64,000 nt of DNA from Octopus vulgaris (GCA_951406725.2 OX597831.1:79732001-79796000); one strand, 5' to 3'. Numbered from the stretch's first letter, positions 14,337-25,732 are shown. Program-made: numbers and translations. The notes: a model not told the origin generated them from the letters alone.

Positions 14337-15334
14337 GTATATATAATATATGTTTGTGTGTATGTTTTGTGTATGTGTGAGTTGGTGTGTGTACAGGGCC
14401 GTCGATAAATTGATGAAAAAGACTGAGCGATTGTGATAATGTTTAAGAGAAAGGAAGAGAGATGAGAGGCAGAGAAAGAGAGAGAGAAGAAGCAGAAAGA
14501 GAAAGAGTGAGAGAAAGAGACCCGAAGACTGAGAGAAGGAAAGGGGAAAGAAAGAAAGATAGGAAAGAAGAGAGGGACTGTGAGAGAGAGAGAGAGAGTG
14601 GGAGGAGAGCGAGAAAGAAAGATTTAAAGATGGCGGAAATAAAATTTATGGACGCAGTGTTTCGGGGGGAAATGTAAGAGAATTAGCAAGATATAACGTG
14701 TGTTGTGTCTTTGTTATGCGTGTGTCTGTGTGTCGCGGTAAACAAAAACATTATAGCATTGCTTTGATAGTTTCATTTCTGTTTTATTTGACGTGACCAA
14801 TTGAGATTGTTGTTTTTATTGAGCGACCTTCTCGTCGTACTTTCGCCCTTTCCGACATTTTTGTTGCTTTCCTTTCTTGCTCGTTTAATTTATATTTTTT
14901 GTTTATTGTTTTTACGGGAGACATTTCGCTAGCGCAAGAAACTCGCTTCTTCTATATTTACTGGCCAAACCGCCCGCCTGCCTGCCTGCTTTTCTTGCTC
15001 GTCTTGCCTGTCCGTCTGATATTTGCCGCTTTCACGAGTTAATCACGAGGTCGTACGTCTGGCCTCCCCTTCCCACTCTGCCGCAAACACGGAATATTGT
15101 TTTATTTACATTTATTACCTTTTTTTTTTTTGGCTACATCAAGGGTCAGGGGTTTATATATAACTTTTACAGGCTTTGCGAGACATTTGATCATTTTGTT
15201 CCCTTGGAACGTGGTGAATGCTGGGAAACATTGGTAGGTACGAGACAGAAACCAACACATTCACGTGGTCGCTAGACCCGCTAGAAATAATTACGACATC
15301 TTCCTCAAATCCTCCTATAATATCCATTATCTGT

Positions 15335-16000
15335 TATTTGATTCTGTCATCAGACTGCGGCCATGCTGGTGCAACGCCTTGAAGAATTTGGGTCGAATAA
15401 ATCGACACCAGTACTTTTATTTCAAAACTGGTTCTAATTCTATTGGTCTATTTTGTCGAGTTACTAAGTTACGAGGGCATAAACACACAAACACTGGTTG
15501 TCAAGCTGTAGCAGAGGACAAACTCACGCTCTCTCTCTCTCTCTCGTTTACACATACGAACACACGCACAGACACACACAAATACAACCACACACAAACA
15601 TTTATGACAGACTTCTTTCAGTTTCCTATTTCTTTATTGCCCACAAGGCAAGAAACATGGAGAGGACAAACGGATTACGTCGATTACATCGACCCCAGTA
15701 CGTAACTGGTACTTAATTTATCGACCCCGAAAGGATGAAAGGCAAAGCCGACCTCGGCGGAATTTGAACTCTCAGAACGTAACGGCAGACGAAATACCGC
15801 TAAGCATTTCGTCCGGTGTGTTAACGTTTCTCCCAGCTCGCCACCTTGACTTCTTTCAGTTTCCGTGTACCAAATCCACTCACAAGGCTTTGGTTTACCT
15901 GCAGCTATAGTAGAAGACACTTGTCCAAGGTACCACGCAGTGGGACTGAACCCGGAATCACGTGGCTGGGAAGCAAACTTCATACCACACTGCTACGCAT
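15335..16000 (-). mobile_element. tRNA-derived SINE with internal microsatellite and CR1-like tail (host of a nested SINE)
   Basis: Head ..GCTTCCCAGCCACGTGATTCCGGGTTCAGTCCCACTGCGTGG.. near 15990-15930; tail CCAGCATGGCCGCAGTC near 15370-15353. Confidence 0.8.
15627..15847 (-). mobile_element. Nested MetaSINE-like copy with Tx1-type tail and 17-bp TSD
   Basis: GACTTCTTTCAGTTTCC is duplicated at 15610-15626 and 15848-15864; tail ..CCTTGTGGGCAATAAAGAAATA. Confidence 0.9.
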
Positions 16001-16156
16001 GCACCAATGCTTAAAGAAATGTAGAGACACACTTTAGGCAACGTGGTCATAGATACAAACTTCCTCTCTATAAGGGTCGGGATTATTGCTAAGCGTTTAA
16101 TCGGCTCAAGGAGGATTAACTTAGTCGTCAACTACAACAAAACTAAATACAGTAAC

Positions 16157-16453
16157 AACAAGAGCACTCAGAGAGCGCAAACCTCTGCCAAGGCAACACC
16201 AAAGTCCTCTCAACGATTAGCCGGAGATGATTTTTAAAATGAGAATATCTGAAATATACTCGACTGTAAAAACCGGAAAAATAATCAATATTCTTTGTCC
16301 AGTATCGAATCGATTCCAAAATCTAATCAGTTTGTGTCAGTCACGAGGCCAAACATCTCTGAAAGTTTCATCTGAATCCATCGTATCTTGTCCAAAAACA
16401 AACAAACACGACTGAAAACAATACCTTCACATTCGCTAAGGGGCAGTTAATAA
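16157..16453 (+). mobile_element. Helentron-associated non-autonomous element (HINE/DINE-like)
   Basis: Starts AACAAGAGCACTCAGAGAGCGCAAACCTCTGCCAAGG, has a short CAAA repeat and ends in a degenerate sub-terminal inverted/stem motif (..GGGCAGTTAATAA). The layout resembles mollusc HINEs. Confidence 0.55.
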
Positions 16454-16654
16454 CAGTGTCTATATGAATGTTCTCAATCATTAAAGACGCTCCTTATTGT
16501 TATCAAACAGTTATTGTTATCGAAAAGGCTTAGTAATAAAGCGATCACATTAAGCGGCTTCAGTAGTATACTTACGCACACACACACATACACACATATA
16601 TACATGTACACATTTAAGCATTCATATATGAATATATATATATATATATATTTA

Positions 16655-17223
16655 GATGCTCCCAACTATGGTCACCACACGATATAAAACTAACAGCAGA
16701 ACTCGAAGCAATTCAGAGAAGCTACACAAAGAATGTCAGCTACTGGGAAAGACTGAAAGTATTAAACCTCTTCTCCCTAGAGCGGAGGCGGGAGAGATAT
16801 GCGGTGATATACATCTGGAAAATCCTGGAGGGTCTTGTCCCAAACTTTGGCATTCAAAGTTACCCCAACCGCAGAACAACCACTGCATGGTGCCAAATAT
16901 TCCAACATCACCATCAAAATACAGGTCCAGATACTGCAACAGCTTGGGTTTCAGAGGACCACAGCTCTTTAACATCCTCCCTAAATGCCTAAGAGACTTA
17001 CATGGTGTGGATGTGGGTTTCTTTAAAACTAAACTGGATCTCTTCTTGTCGGGAGTCCCAGATGAACCTACCTCACGACAGGAGACGCAGATGCGGGCAG
17101 CAGCATCGAACTCCCTTGTTGATCAAATGCCACGTATCAGAGGTGGATTCACATATTAGTGTAGCTCATTCAGCGGTGGTGCCCCAGCATGGCCGCGGCC
17201 TTCGGGCTAAAACATTTTTAAGG

Positions 17224-17228
<5 letters not shown>
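16655..17228 (+). mobile_element. CR1-like LINE 3' end inserted in (TA)n
   Basis: Frameshifted CSQLWSPH..LEAIQRSYTK, LERRRERYAVIYIWKIL, GPQLFNILP..FKTKLDLFLSGVPDEP..RAAASNSL. The short 3' UTR has a stem-loop at 17173-17214. Confidence 0.85.
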
Positions 17229-17260
<32 letters not shown>

Positions 17261-17301
17261 CATGTATGCATTTAAGTATTCACATCTAAGTATATGAATA
17301 T

Positions 17302-17335
<34 letters not shown>

Positions 17336-17373
17336 ATATAGCTATATATATATATATATATATATAGTATATG

Positions 17374-17406
<33 letters not shown>

Positions 17407-17541
17407 ATGTATATATATATATATACATACATACATACCACACATACATATATATAAATACATACACGTATATATTATATATATATATATATGTATGTAT
17501 GTATATATATATATATATACATAAATATATACGTGTATGTA

Positions 17542-17611
<70 letters not shown>

Positions 17612-17705
17612 TACACACATATACGTACATGCGCGGGCCTTCATATCTGTTTCACGCCCTAAACTTCACACAAGCAATACTTAACAAGTGATGATAACAA
17701 CAATG

Positions 17706-17799
<94 letters not shown>

Positions 17800-18491
17800 C
17801 CAAACCAGCAAAACATAACAGCAACTACTATGTTAAAAATGATACAGATAATCATAATAGTTGATCTTCAAAGATAAACATGAAATGCACAGGTACACGT
17901 ATGTAAATACATAAACACACACACACAGGTACACACACACACATACACACACACACACACACACACATACACACATACACATATATATATATATGAGACA
18001 AAGAGCCAGCTCTTGAAAGGGACGTCAAGTAGTTGAGGCACTACAACACCTGAGATTAAGTGTTGATATATTCACACCTGAGCGTTGCACGTGTGCCTGG
18101 CCTTTTAACATGAAACGATTCTTGATAATGTTGTCCTGTTGTTGTTGTTGTTGTTGTTATTCTTGTTACTGTTATTGCTTCTGATGTTGTTGTTGTTGTT
18201 TCATCTCCACATAAGACGTATTTGTTTATTACTTTATATTGTTTTTTCTTATTTGTTTTTCTTCTTGTGTGTGAGGGGGAGCAGAGGTGAGTGGGTTGTT
18301 GCCGATTTTTGGTTATTTTTGTGTTTTTCTGGGCATTGTTTTTATTTTCCGGTTTTTTAAAAAACTTATGTTCCTCTAATTTCTGGGCGAGGTGGTTGTT
18401 AAGGTTTAGCGGTTGTTGCTAAACAGAGGAGAATATATCAAAATATACATGCATATATCTATATATTTATATGTGTGTCTGTGTGCATGTG

Positions 18492-18581
<90 letters not shown>

Positions 18582-18585
<4 letters not shown>

Positions 18586-19075
18586 TTCAGCAAAAATTTA
18601 GATTCAAATGAATATGGTACTTAATTTAGATGCACCAGAATTTTGTATGGTGTTATCCATAAAAATCCGTGGGGTGATTATAATCAAAATAAGCAACAAG
18701 AATGTCTCCGGTAATTTGGTACGATCGTTTCGTACTACATCATTTTATTAAATCTTGTAAGTATTACAACAGATTTAAGATGCTGAGTACTCATCAGCCA
18801 ATTAAAGAGGTTTTCCCTTAATACAAAAATTTTCAAATCAAGTGGCAACATTATAGAGAAGGTAGATATATAGACAAAGATGTGGATTTAAATTTTAAGA
18901 ACATATGAAGTAGTGAAGTCCCTCCACTGAATGACTAAGATTTGGTTGTTCCTGACTGCTGTAAGGTTAGAAGCAATAAAGAATTTTTAATTGTAGAAAT
19001 GGGGTAAAGGAGGTTTCAGAATTCCATAAAAGGAATTCATGTTGAAGACAGCAATTGCCACTAATAAATACCAAT
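18582..19075 (-). mobile_element. (TA)n-embedded Penelope-like or retrozyme-like element carrying a hammerhead
   Basis: Non-coding island bounded by (TA)n on both sides; contains a complete hammerhead core. Confidence 0.6.
18716..18801 (-). ncRNA. Type I hammerhead ribozyme
   Basis: TTGG-CTGATGA-GTACT-[about 50-nt partly paired extension]-AGTAC-GAAA-CGATCG-TA^CCAA: stem I TTGG/CCAA, stem II GTACT/AGTAC, palindromic stem III, GUA cleavage triplet. Confidence 0.85.
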
Positions 19076-19078
19076 TAC

Positions 19079-19118
<40 letters not shown>

Positions 19119-19197
19119 AATTAATAAATAAAACATATGCATATATACATACATATATGTACGTTCCTACATCTACATGTATATATACATACATATA

Positions 19198-19520
19198 TGG
19201 GTACAGGACGCCAAAAAACGTCGAACACAATGAGAAACGAAAACATTAACACAAAACCAAAGAACTGGACATTTTTCTTAAACAACGAAAAAATAGAGTA
19301 CAGGACAAATAACACAAGGAAAATTCTCCTTCTTCAGTCGCCATGGTTTCATCTACTCTGCGTTTCGTAGGTGAGGGCGATACGCATCTTCGATAGAAAC
19401 TTTCCTTCCCGCGGAAAGCAAAATAAAACTTGAGATCTTTTTGCGGAGGAGTAAAAATGGTAACAAAAACAGGACAGTAACGACAGTACAAAATATAAAC
19501 AGTAAAAGACAGGACAAGGA
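19198..19520 (-). mobile_element. Penelope-like terminal-repeat fragment containing permuted hammerhead strands
   Basis: Adjoins (TA)n; U-rich on the minus strand; contains CTGAAGA and GAAAC motifs with complementary arms. Confidence 0.5.
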
Positions 19521-19626
19521 GAATAACAAGACAAGAAGGGCTGTTAATCCGATCGAGATAAAGTATACGAACGCTATTTTTGAGAACGGCGAAGGAGCAA
19601 CAGAAAATGCCGTCTACACTTCAATA

Positions 19627-20015
19627 CTCTCTTTACTCTTTTACTTGTTTCAGTCATTTGACTGCGGCCATGCTGGAGCACCGCCTTTAATCGAGCAACT
19701 CGACCCCGGGACTTATTCTTTTGTAAGCCCAGTACTTATTCTATCGGTCTCTTTTTGCCGAACCGCTAAGTAACGGGGACATAAACACACCAGCATCGCT
19801 TGTCAAGCAATGCTAGGGGGACAAACACAAACATACAAATACACACACATATATATATATACATATATTCTTTCAGTTTCCGCCTACCAAATCCACTCAC
19901 AAGGCTTTGGTAGGCCTGAGGCTATAGAAGAAGACACTTGCCCAAGGTGCCACGCAATGGGACTGAACCCGTGGTTGGTAAACAAGCTACTTACTACACA
20001 GCCACTCCTGCGCCT
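19627..20015 (-). mobile_element. Full-length tRNA SINE with internal (TA)/(TG) microsatellite and CR1-like tail
   Basis: Head AGGCGCAGGAGTGGCTGTGTAGTAAG, B box GGGTTCAGTCCC, ACCTTGGGCAAGTG; tail GGCGGTGCTCCAGCATGGCCGCAGTCAAATGACTGAAACAAGTAAAAGAG. Confidence 0.88.
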
Positions 20016-20018
20016 TCA

Positions 20019-20077
<59 letters not shown>

Positions 20078-20146
20078 TACATATATCCATACACACATAA
20101 ATTCATGCACACATGTGGATGTGTATATTTATATATCTGTTTTGTG

Positions 20147-20177
<31 letters not shown>

Positions 20178-20979
20178 ATGTGTGTGGGTGTGTATGTGTG
20201 TGTGTGTGTGTGTGTGTACACGCACACATGAATGCAATACTTCGTCGTAGAGTCGATGTATTCCTTGGTGAACGTAGATCTAGGTATATGAATATTCGTG
20301 TATCCGTGTATATCCGACCCTCTCTATGTATGTATATATATATATGTGTGTGTGTGTATGTGCCCGTGTCTGTGTGTGTGTGTGCCTATGTGTGTGTTTG
20401 AGAGAGAGGGAGAAAAAGGGGGAGAGAAAGTGTGTCTGTGTGTCGACTAGTGAACATGCGCACACGTTACATTTAAGTACATGCATGCGTGTCTTAGTAA
20501 TGTACGGACACGATTCGACACTTGAAAGATGAAAGCAAACTTATAATTCAAACTAGAATGAATAAAACAAATATTGATTAGCCATTGTTTAATGAATTGG
20601 CAAAACCGGGAAAGCTTCTGATAAATTTTCCTTTTCGGTATTTGCTTCGACTCTTTACATACCGAGTTCGAACCCCTATAGAGTCATTTTTTTTTTATTG
20701 TTTCGGAGAATCGATGAGATCGAACATCAATCAACTGGCTGTGATTGCTGCAATCGACTCACTCCAAATTTTTCTCGTCTTGAGATTATTTTGAGTAACT
20801 ATAATTTAAAGGCAGCGTTCTGGCCGAATTCGAGAATCGTTAGGTGACCGAAGGCTAAATGTCACGTTTACTTTCTATGTATTCGTGGCCGATAAAATAA
20901 AGTACCACTTAATCACTGGAGTTGATGTACCAAAAGTAGAAGCTATTATTATTATTATTATTGCTGTTATTGTTAAGTC

Positions 20980-21205
20980 GCAGAATCGTTAGCACGCTGG
21001 GCGAAATCCTTAGCGATATTTCGTCTGCCGTTACGTTCTGAGTTCAAATTCCGCCGAGGTCGACTTTACCTTTCATCCTTTCGGGGTCGATTAAATAAGT
21101 ACCAGTTAATCATTGGGGTCGATGCAATCGACTTAATCCTCTTGTCTGTCCTTGTTTGTCCCCTCTATGTTTGTCTGTCCTTGTTTGTCCCCTCTATGAA
21201 ATAAA
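20980..21205 (+). mobile_element. MetaSINE-like copy with internally duplicated Tx1-type tail
   Basis: Core motif present; TTGTCTGTCCTTGTTTGTCCCCTCTATG occurs twice in tandem. Confidence 0.85.
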
Positions 21206-21881
21206 AATTCGGTGTACTTGGTGATTTTTTTCAACCTCTTTACTCACAACATCCATATCATTTGGTATGGCTACATTAATGAACCGACAGTATTTGTCTC
21301 TCTAATTCAATATGACAATATCCGGCCAATGGTGTTTGATTAAACGATCCGTCTCAAAATCATAGCCCCAGAGTATCGTTACTTTTCCATCTTCCTGCAT
21401 AACTTTACTTGGTACATGTTCATACCAGTTCTCTTTTACTTCGTCTTAGCATTTATGGCATAAGAACCAATGAAGATACTGTATTATCCTTAACGTCCTG
21501 TGTATTCCTTTCTAACTGTCCAGGTATTCTCATTTCAAGTAGGCCTTCTTTTCTCTTCTCCTCAGCTCTTTGGTTAAACTCTTCCTTGTCCATCATTTCA
21601 TCTGCATTTACAACCATATCTTTCGCGGTATATTGCAGGTCTTCATCACTGTCAAATACTTGGCAAGCGTTCTCCTTTCACTCCTTATATAATGGCCTAT
21701 ACTAATTAGTCCTCTGCCACCATTCTTTCTTTTCATATACAGTCTGTTTACGCTTGCTTTAGGGTGTAGCACACTATGCAGCGTCATCAACTTTCTCGTC
21801 CTTTAATCCATTGTTGATATTTCCTCCTTAGTCCATTTCAGGATGACGCACTATATTTGACCACCGCAACTGCCCAGATAT

Positions 21882-21884
<3 letters not shown>
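21206..21884 (-). mobile_element. R4/Dong-like LINE fragment
   Basis: Minus strand NIWAVAVVKYS..RKLMTLHSVLHPKASVNRLYMKRKNGGRGL and ILWGYDFETDRLIKHHWPDIV; 5' end abuts (TAA)n. Confidence 0.85.
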
Positions 21885-21940
<56 letters not shown>

Positions 21941-22314
21941 GCCTTTGCACAGCTTCTGACGCCAGAGATGTACTACAGTGTCAGATGTTCACTACCAGTA
22001 AACTAAGGTAACACCTCTTATTTTCGAGCACCTTCCGGAGTATTCGAGCGGTTCCATGCAGCGCTGTTTTCTGCAAGTGCCCCTATTTGTTCCACGTACT
22101 TCTCGAGATTTTTGCTCACTGTTCCCAGGGCTCCGACAATTATTGGTACTACTGTTACCTTTATCATTGACCACAACTGTTTAACCTCCCAAGCTAACCT
22201 GTCATATCTCTCAACTTTTCTTTCTTCCTTATCGCATACCTTGTTATCAAGCTGGGCATGATATGATCCAGCATCGTTTGCTTTCTTCCTCAATTAAGAC
22301 TATGTCCGGCTTCC

Positions 22315-22315
<1 letters not shown>
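21941..22315 (-). mobile_element. R4/Dong-like LINE 3' end between (TAA)n tracts
   Basis: RKPDIVLIE..KVERYDRLAWEVKQLW..VPIIVGALG; (TAA)n on both sides. Confidence 0.88.
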
Positions 22316-22407
<92 letters not shown>

Positions 22408-22409
<2 letters not shown>

Positions 22410-22790
22410 CACTCAACAGATTAGACTGTTGGAAAGGAAAATAATCCTAACATCAGCCTACAACAGGCAACCTTAGATCCCAAGAACCCTCCTACTGGGT
22501 TACCTTACATGGCAAGAGCCCTCCTAAGTATTCTAGCTGTCCCTAATAACAATCTTTTCTGCAGCTGTACTAAACTGGGTTTCATACCCATTTCCTCTAT
22601 CCATCAGTTTAAATCTTTAGGGATAGTTCCCAATGCACCTATATCTGCTGGGATACATTTTGTCCGCACTTTCCATAGACTTTGTAATTCAAGGTCTCAG
22701 CACTTTGCTATTTTTTATATACCCCTTCATTTCAATTTTTCAACATTTGGGACTGTAAAGTCAATTATCTGGCACTTTCTATACTCTATA
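22408..22790 (-). mobile_element. R4/Dong-like LINE 3' end, a further family
   Basis: IGALGTIPKDLN..QKRLLLGTARILRRAL; 3' end runs into (TAA)n. Confidence 0.85.
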
Positions 22791-22813
22791 TATATATACT
22801 ACTACTACTACTA

Positions 22814-23588
22814 GCTGTTTTGACCCTTTGCCGATTAGCAAAGATTAACGTTGAACTCTGTTGTGCATGCGCACTAAGTCTTAACGTTCTAGCTCACTTC
22901 CACAGTTTACAGTAGTGTTTGGAAGGAAGGTGTGTAACGTGTGATCGTCGCATTGACCATGACAGAGAACGTTGTCATGGCATACCTGCTCAGAGGCCTA
23001 CGCAAAGTTGCAGAAAGAGTATGGAGAGGAGTGTATGAGCCGCACACAAGTGTACGAGTGGTTCAGACGTTTCCAAGGTGGCCGAAAAAATGTCGATATT
23101 GACGAAAGTTCTCGAAGACCCGCAACCAGTAGAACTGAGCAAAACCTCGCATATGTAAGTCCAGTTGTGAGAGGAAATCGTCGGATCACCATCCATGAGT
23201 TGTCAGGGGATGTGCAGATTAGCTACGGTTCCGTTCAGTCCATTATCATTGAAGATTTGGGTATGAGACACGTGTCTTCGATTGCGCCGAGAACGATGAA
23301 AACTGTTTGAAAACTTTGCGTAGGCTTCTGAGCAGGTATTACCAAGCTTTTGAAAAAATTTGATGCAGATTCTCTGCCCAACTTTCTCTGTCATGGTCAA
23401 TGCGAAGGTCACACGCTACACACGTTCCATCCAAGCACTTCTGTAAACAGCGGAAGAGAAATAAAACGTTAAAACTCAGTGCGCATGCACAGCAGCGTTC
23501 AAGATGAATCTGTGCCAAGTGGCTTCACTCTGTATACTTTAGCTTCGTTACTATGGCGACAATTCATATACTTATTGATCAGACCATG
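22814..23588. mobile_element. Fold-back non-autonomous mariner derivative
   Basis: Transposase HTH (YGEECMSRTQVYEWFRRFQ) on + plus an inverted copy of the element 5' end (MTEKVGQRICIKF) on -. TIR ..ACTTATTGATCAGACCATG followed by TA at 23589. Confidence 0.85.
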
Positions 23589-23644
23589 TACATATATACA
23601 TATATACATATATACATATATATATATTATATATATGTATATCA

Positions 23645-23862
23645 CAAAAATGTGACCGCGTGTGTACCGCAGGCGATTTTTTTTTATTCCGTCTTCCCTT
23701 TTTTTGATCTTTCCTTTTCCTATGTTTCTGACGAAGAGCTCCGCTCGAAACGTTAAACTCTCCTTCTTTCCTTCTTCCCTGAGCGTCCAATAATACTATA
23801 CTTGTTCCACGTCCTCGCGTTGTTGTGCTTTCTCTTTGTGTTTTCAGAATTGGATTAACTTT
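23645..23862 (+). mobile_element. Penelope-like terminal fragment in (TA)n
   Basis: Homologous to 44860-45058; contains a minimal hammerhead. Confidence 0.65.
23724..23758 (+). ncRNA. Minimal type I hammerhead ribozyme
   Basis: GTTT-CTGACGA-A-GAGC-TCC-GCTC-GAAA-CGTT^AAAC: stem I GTTT/AAAC, stem II GAGC/GCTC, palindromic ACGT stem III. Confidence 0.75.
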
Positions 23863-23876
23863 ATACATACATACAT

Positions 23877-23942
<66 letters not shown>

Positions 23943-24123
23943 ATTCGTTTACAGAGACATGTTTCAGTGCATTCATAAAAACTTCTATGTTATTATGCCG
24001 GGTAACGACCTGCAGCAATACCTTAAAATATTTATGAAACCCTATCCTTGGGTTATTATTACTATTATTATTACTTATATTGTGTGTGTATGTGTGTGTA
24101 TTTGTGTGTTTGTGCATGTCTGA

Positions 24124-24157
<34 letters not shown>

Positions 24158-24168
<11 letters not shown>

Positions 24169-24359
24169 GGAAAGAAGAAAATGCTGACAAATAATTTAAG
24201 TAATTTAAGTAATTTAATTAGGTGAAAGTTCTTTTTACCGGTTGCGCATTTGTTAAAGCATAACAAATGCGCAACCGGTAAAAAGAACTTGCACCTAATT
24301 AAATTACTTAAATTACTTCAATTATTTGTCAGCATTTTCTTCTTTTCCTTTTTATATAT
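24158..24359. repeat. About 200-bp near-perfect palindrome in (TA)n
   Basis: Arms of about 98 bp with few mismatches around a 5-nt loop AAGCA (24256-24260). Confidence 0.95.
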
Positions 24360-24389
24360 CACCACTCGTGTTCGACATCTCCCTTTTTT

Positions 24390-24435
<46 letters not shown>

Positions 24436-24436
24436 C

Positions 24437-24769
24437 GTGAAGGCGTTTGGTTCAGTGGTTAGAGTGTGAGAGTCACAATCATGAGATAGTGAGTTCGATT
24501 CCCGGACCGGGCTGTGTGTGTTGTGTTGCCTTCTTTATTTCACGTTGCTCCAGTTCCCTCAGCTGTAGAAATGAGTAGTGACGTCACTGGTGCCAAGCTG
24601 TATCGGCCCCTTTGCCTTTCCCTTGGATAACATCGGGGGGCCTGGAGAGGGGAGGCTAGTATGCATGGGCGACTGCTTTTCTTCCGTAAACAGCCCTGGC
24701 CGGACTTGTGCTTCGGCGGGGAACTTTCTAGGTGCAATCCCATGGTCTGTGTCGTGACCGAAGGGGATC

Positions 24770-24772
<3 letters not shown>
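24437..24772 (+). mobile_element. CORE-like tRNA SINE with RTE-like tail
   Basis: A/B boxes (TGGTTCAGTGG, GAGTTCGATTCCC), then TTGCTCCAGTT..CAGCTGTAGAAATGAG; second copy at 46640-46961. Confidence 0.8.
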
Positions 24773-24845
<73 letters not shown>

Positions 24846-25180
24846 CATACACATATATATATGTATGTATATATCATATACCTATATATACACACATACA
24901 TATGTAAATGAATATAGAGACGTATATATATATACGCACTACACACACACACATACACACGTACACACACTTTCTTCCTTGACGTCGTCACCTTATCATA
25001 AAATCGCACCCACTTTAAAGAGAAGACAGCGTTACATTACAAATATTTATTTGTATAAATTATGATAATGATCTTAACGTGCATTGTCATCTTTGCGATA
25101 GCGGCATTCTAGTGTCGATAACGAAACCTCTTTGAACGACTAAATTTTTAATTACTCATCAATGACCATGCTGCTCTCGC

Positions 25181-25250
<70 letters not shown>

Positions 25251-25732
25251 GTGTGCATGTATGTGTGTGTTTACTTTTAAAGATTTCAATTTCGTAATTA
25301 ACAGGTGACGATTTGGCAAAGTCACTAGAATTTTAGAATATCTATAATCTGGAAATTTATTACGGGTCCCTGCCTTCTGTGATCAAATCCCGCTGTGGCC
25401 ACGTTTTATTACTATTGATCTTTCACTTGTTTCAATCAGGGGATTAATGGTCATGCTGGAGCACCGTTTTGAGAGTTTAGTTGATCAAATCTCTGCTTCT
25501 TTAATTCTTAAATCCTGGCACTTATTTTCATCGGGCTGTCAAAAGCGGTGGCAGGAGAGACAAACACAGGCAAACACACACTCACACGCATGCACTCGTA
25601 TGTGTATATATTCATGCACATGTATATATACATATATGCATGCACATATATGTATACACACACACACACACACACACGTTGAAGAATCCGATAGGTGAAG
25701 CTTGAACTGAAGGTCAGCCTTGATCTTAATTA

